From: Methanopyrus kandleri AV19
GTDB taxonomy: Archaea; JAADCQ01; Methanopyri; Methanopyrales; Methanopyraceae
DNA: 32,000 nucleotides
Reading direction: 5' to 3'
Assembly (NCBI RefSeq): GCF_000007185.1
Contig: NC_003551.1
Coordinates: 210,001 to 242,000 of the forward strand
Made by a program: the position numbers and the translations under genes. Below the pieces are notes generated by a model. That model did no database searches and was not told where the DNA came from. It saw only the letters and a list, made by a program, of their open reading frames with translations. This document shows, one piece after another, positions 31,089 to 32,000 of this stretch. Each line of letters begins with the position of its first letter. Within the stretch, counting starts at the first letter, position 1.

Positions 31089-31838
31089 TTAGAGCTGAAG
31101 TCCGGGGAAACACTTCGAGAGTAGCATACAGAAGATATCGGAGGCGTACTTGGTCAGGTTGTTCACCATGTTGTCCAGCTCGCTTTTGGCGCTCTCGTAG
31201 GCGCTCTTCTCGTTGCCACTGGCGCTCTTAAGGGCATTTTCTACACGATCATATAACATTGCTATCGGGCCGAACGATTTGATCGCCTCCTTCAAGTTCA
31301 CCTGAAGCTCCGCCGTCACCGCGCTCAGTAGCTGCATCAACGTCGCGTTCGGGCCGATGAACTGGACCAGCATCAGATGGAACTCGTTCAGCGGCTTCTG
31401 GAAGGATTCCTCGTGTAGTTTCTGGTTCACTACCGCCTTGACCGCTGACAGTACTACGGCGAACACTATGTCCTCGGGTCGTGGCTCATGGTAGGCTTGA
31501 CCGCGGAGGCAATCGATCACCGCAGCCACACCATTGCTCAACGCGTCACACAGCGACTGCGTCAAGCCGCTGGCCAAGCTGTAGTACTCGGGTGGTATCG
31601 TCGTAGTGACGTTGGCGGATCCCGTCGTGGAGGTTGACTTTGTTTCATCCGTTCCGATCGTGAGCGGTACACCGACGACGCTGACACCCACATCTGAGCC
31701 TGCATCTGCGCCTGCAGACGGCTTGACGGTCGCTGTAGGCGCCGTTTCAGTGGTCGCCGACGTCTGGAGTTCCGCCGCTGAGGCTATCGGGATCACTACC
31801 ATCGCTACTAGGAGGGTCGCGATGGCGCTAGCACGCAT
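31089..31838 (-). CDS. Secreted protein of unknown function with Thr-rich linker
   Basis: [23 protein letters not shown] signal peptide, [21 protein letters not shown] low-complexity linker, helical Cys-containing C-terminal domain. Confidence 0.6.
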
Positions 31839-31913
31839 ACGATCATCCCTGAGCGTAACAGGCACGTTACCGTTTTAAAATCTCTACGAAGCGGGTGGCG
31901 GGGGTGGGTAGCG

Positions 31914-32000
31914 ATGGTGAACCGTCCGGCCCGGATCTACCGGGAGTGGAAGGGTCCGGCGTACACGCGAAGGGAATACATCAAGGGAGTCCCGGACCCA
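31914..32000 (+). CDS. rpl10e: Ribosomal protein L10e (uL16), 5' part only, runs off window
   Basis: ATG at 31914: [29 protein letters not shown]..., matching the L10e N-terminus. Too short for the ORF track. Confidence 0.85.

Overview
The window is a gene-dense, GC-rich archaeal chromosome segment. Gene content points to a methanogen and looks like Methanopyrus kandleri (inference from remembered protein families; no database was searched). Recognisable genes: an M24 (Xaa-Pro) peptidase, a TIGR00303/CobT-like protein, hypD and hypC, archease, SepCysS, a PP-loop ATPase, an HTH/coiled-coil regulator, a TatD-like hydrolase, F420H2:NADP oxidoreductase, a UbiD-family decarboxylase, purA, two tandem large secreted proteins, gatA, a SAM methyltransferase, an Mrp/NBP35 ATPase, an MraY/WecA-like GT4, a MOP-type membrane protein, a radical SAM protein, a DEAD/DEAH helicase, a PAPS-reductase-like PP-loop protein, rpsJ, EF-1alpha, a Gfo/Idh/MocA oxidoreductase, hdrA and the start of rpl10e. 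Strongest observations: (1) hdrA is split in the ORF track by an in-frame TGA at 30377..30375 (DDCAM-U-ILAPKM), matching a selenocysteine codon, and its 3' UTR contains a textbook archaeal SECIS hairpin (28932..28897). (2) A 25-bp imperfect palindrome (AATTGTTACGAATATCATAACNATT) occurs twice, 24/25 identical, upstream of the PP-loop ATPase and the Gfo/Idh/MocA gene, which suggests an undescribed operator. A weaker third relative lies near 26.08 kb. (3) Two tandem large secreted proteins appear to be paralogs with C-terminal membrane anchors. (4) An AT-rich 0.4-kb non-coding block with three TTATGCAT elements is followed by a coding-like frame interrupted by one TGA. (5) A divergent MraY-like/flippase-like pair is a candidate for pseudomurein precursor handling. 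No CRISPR array, rRNA or convincing tRNA was found.
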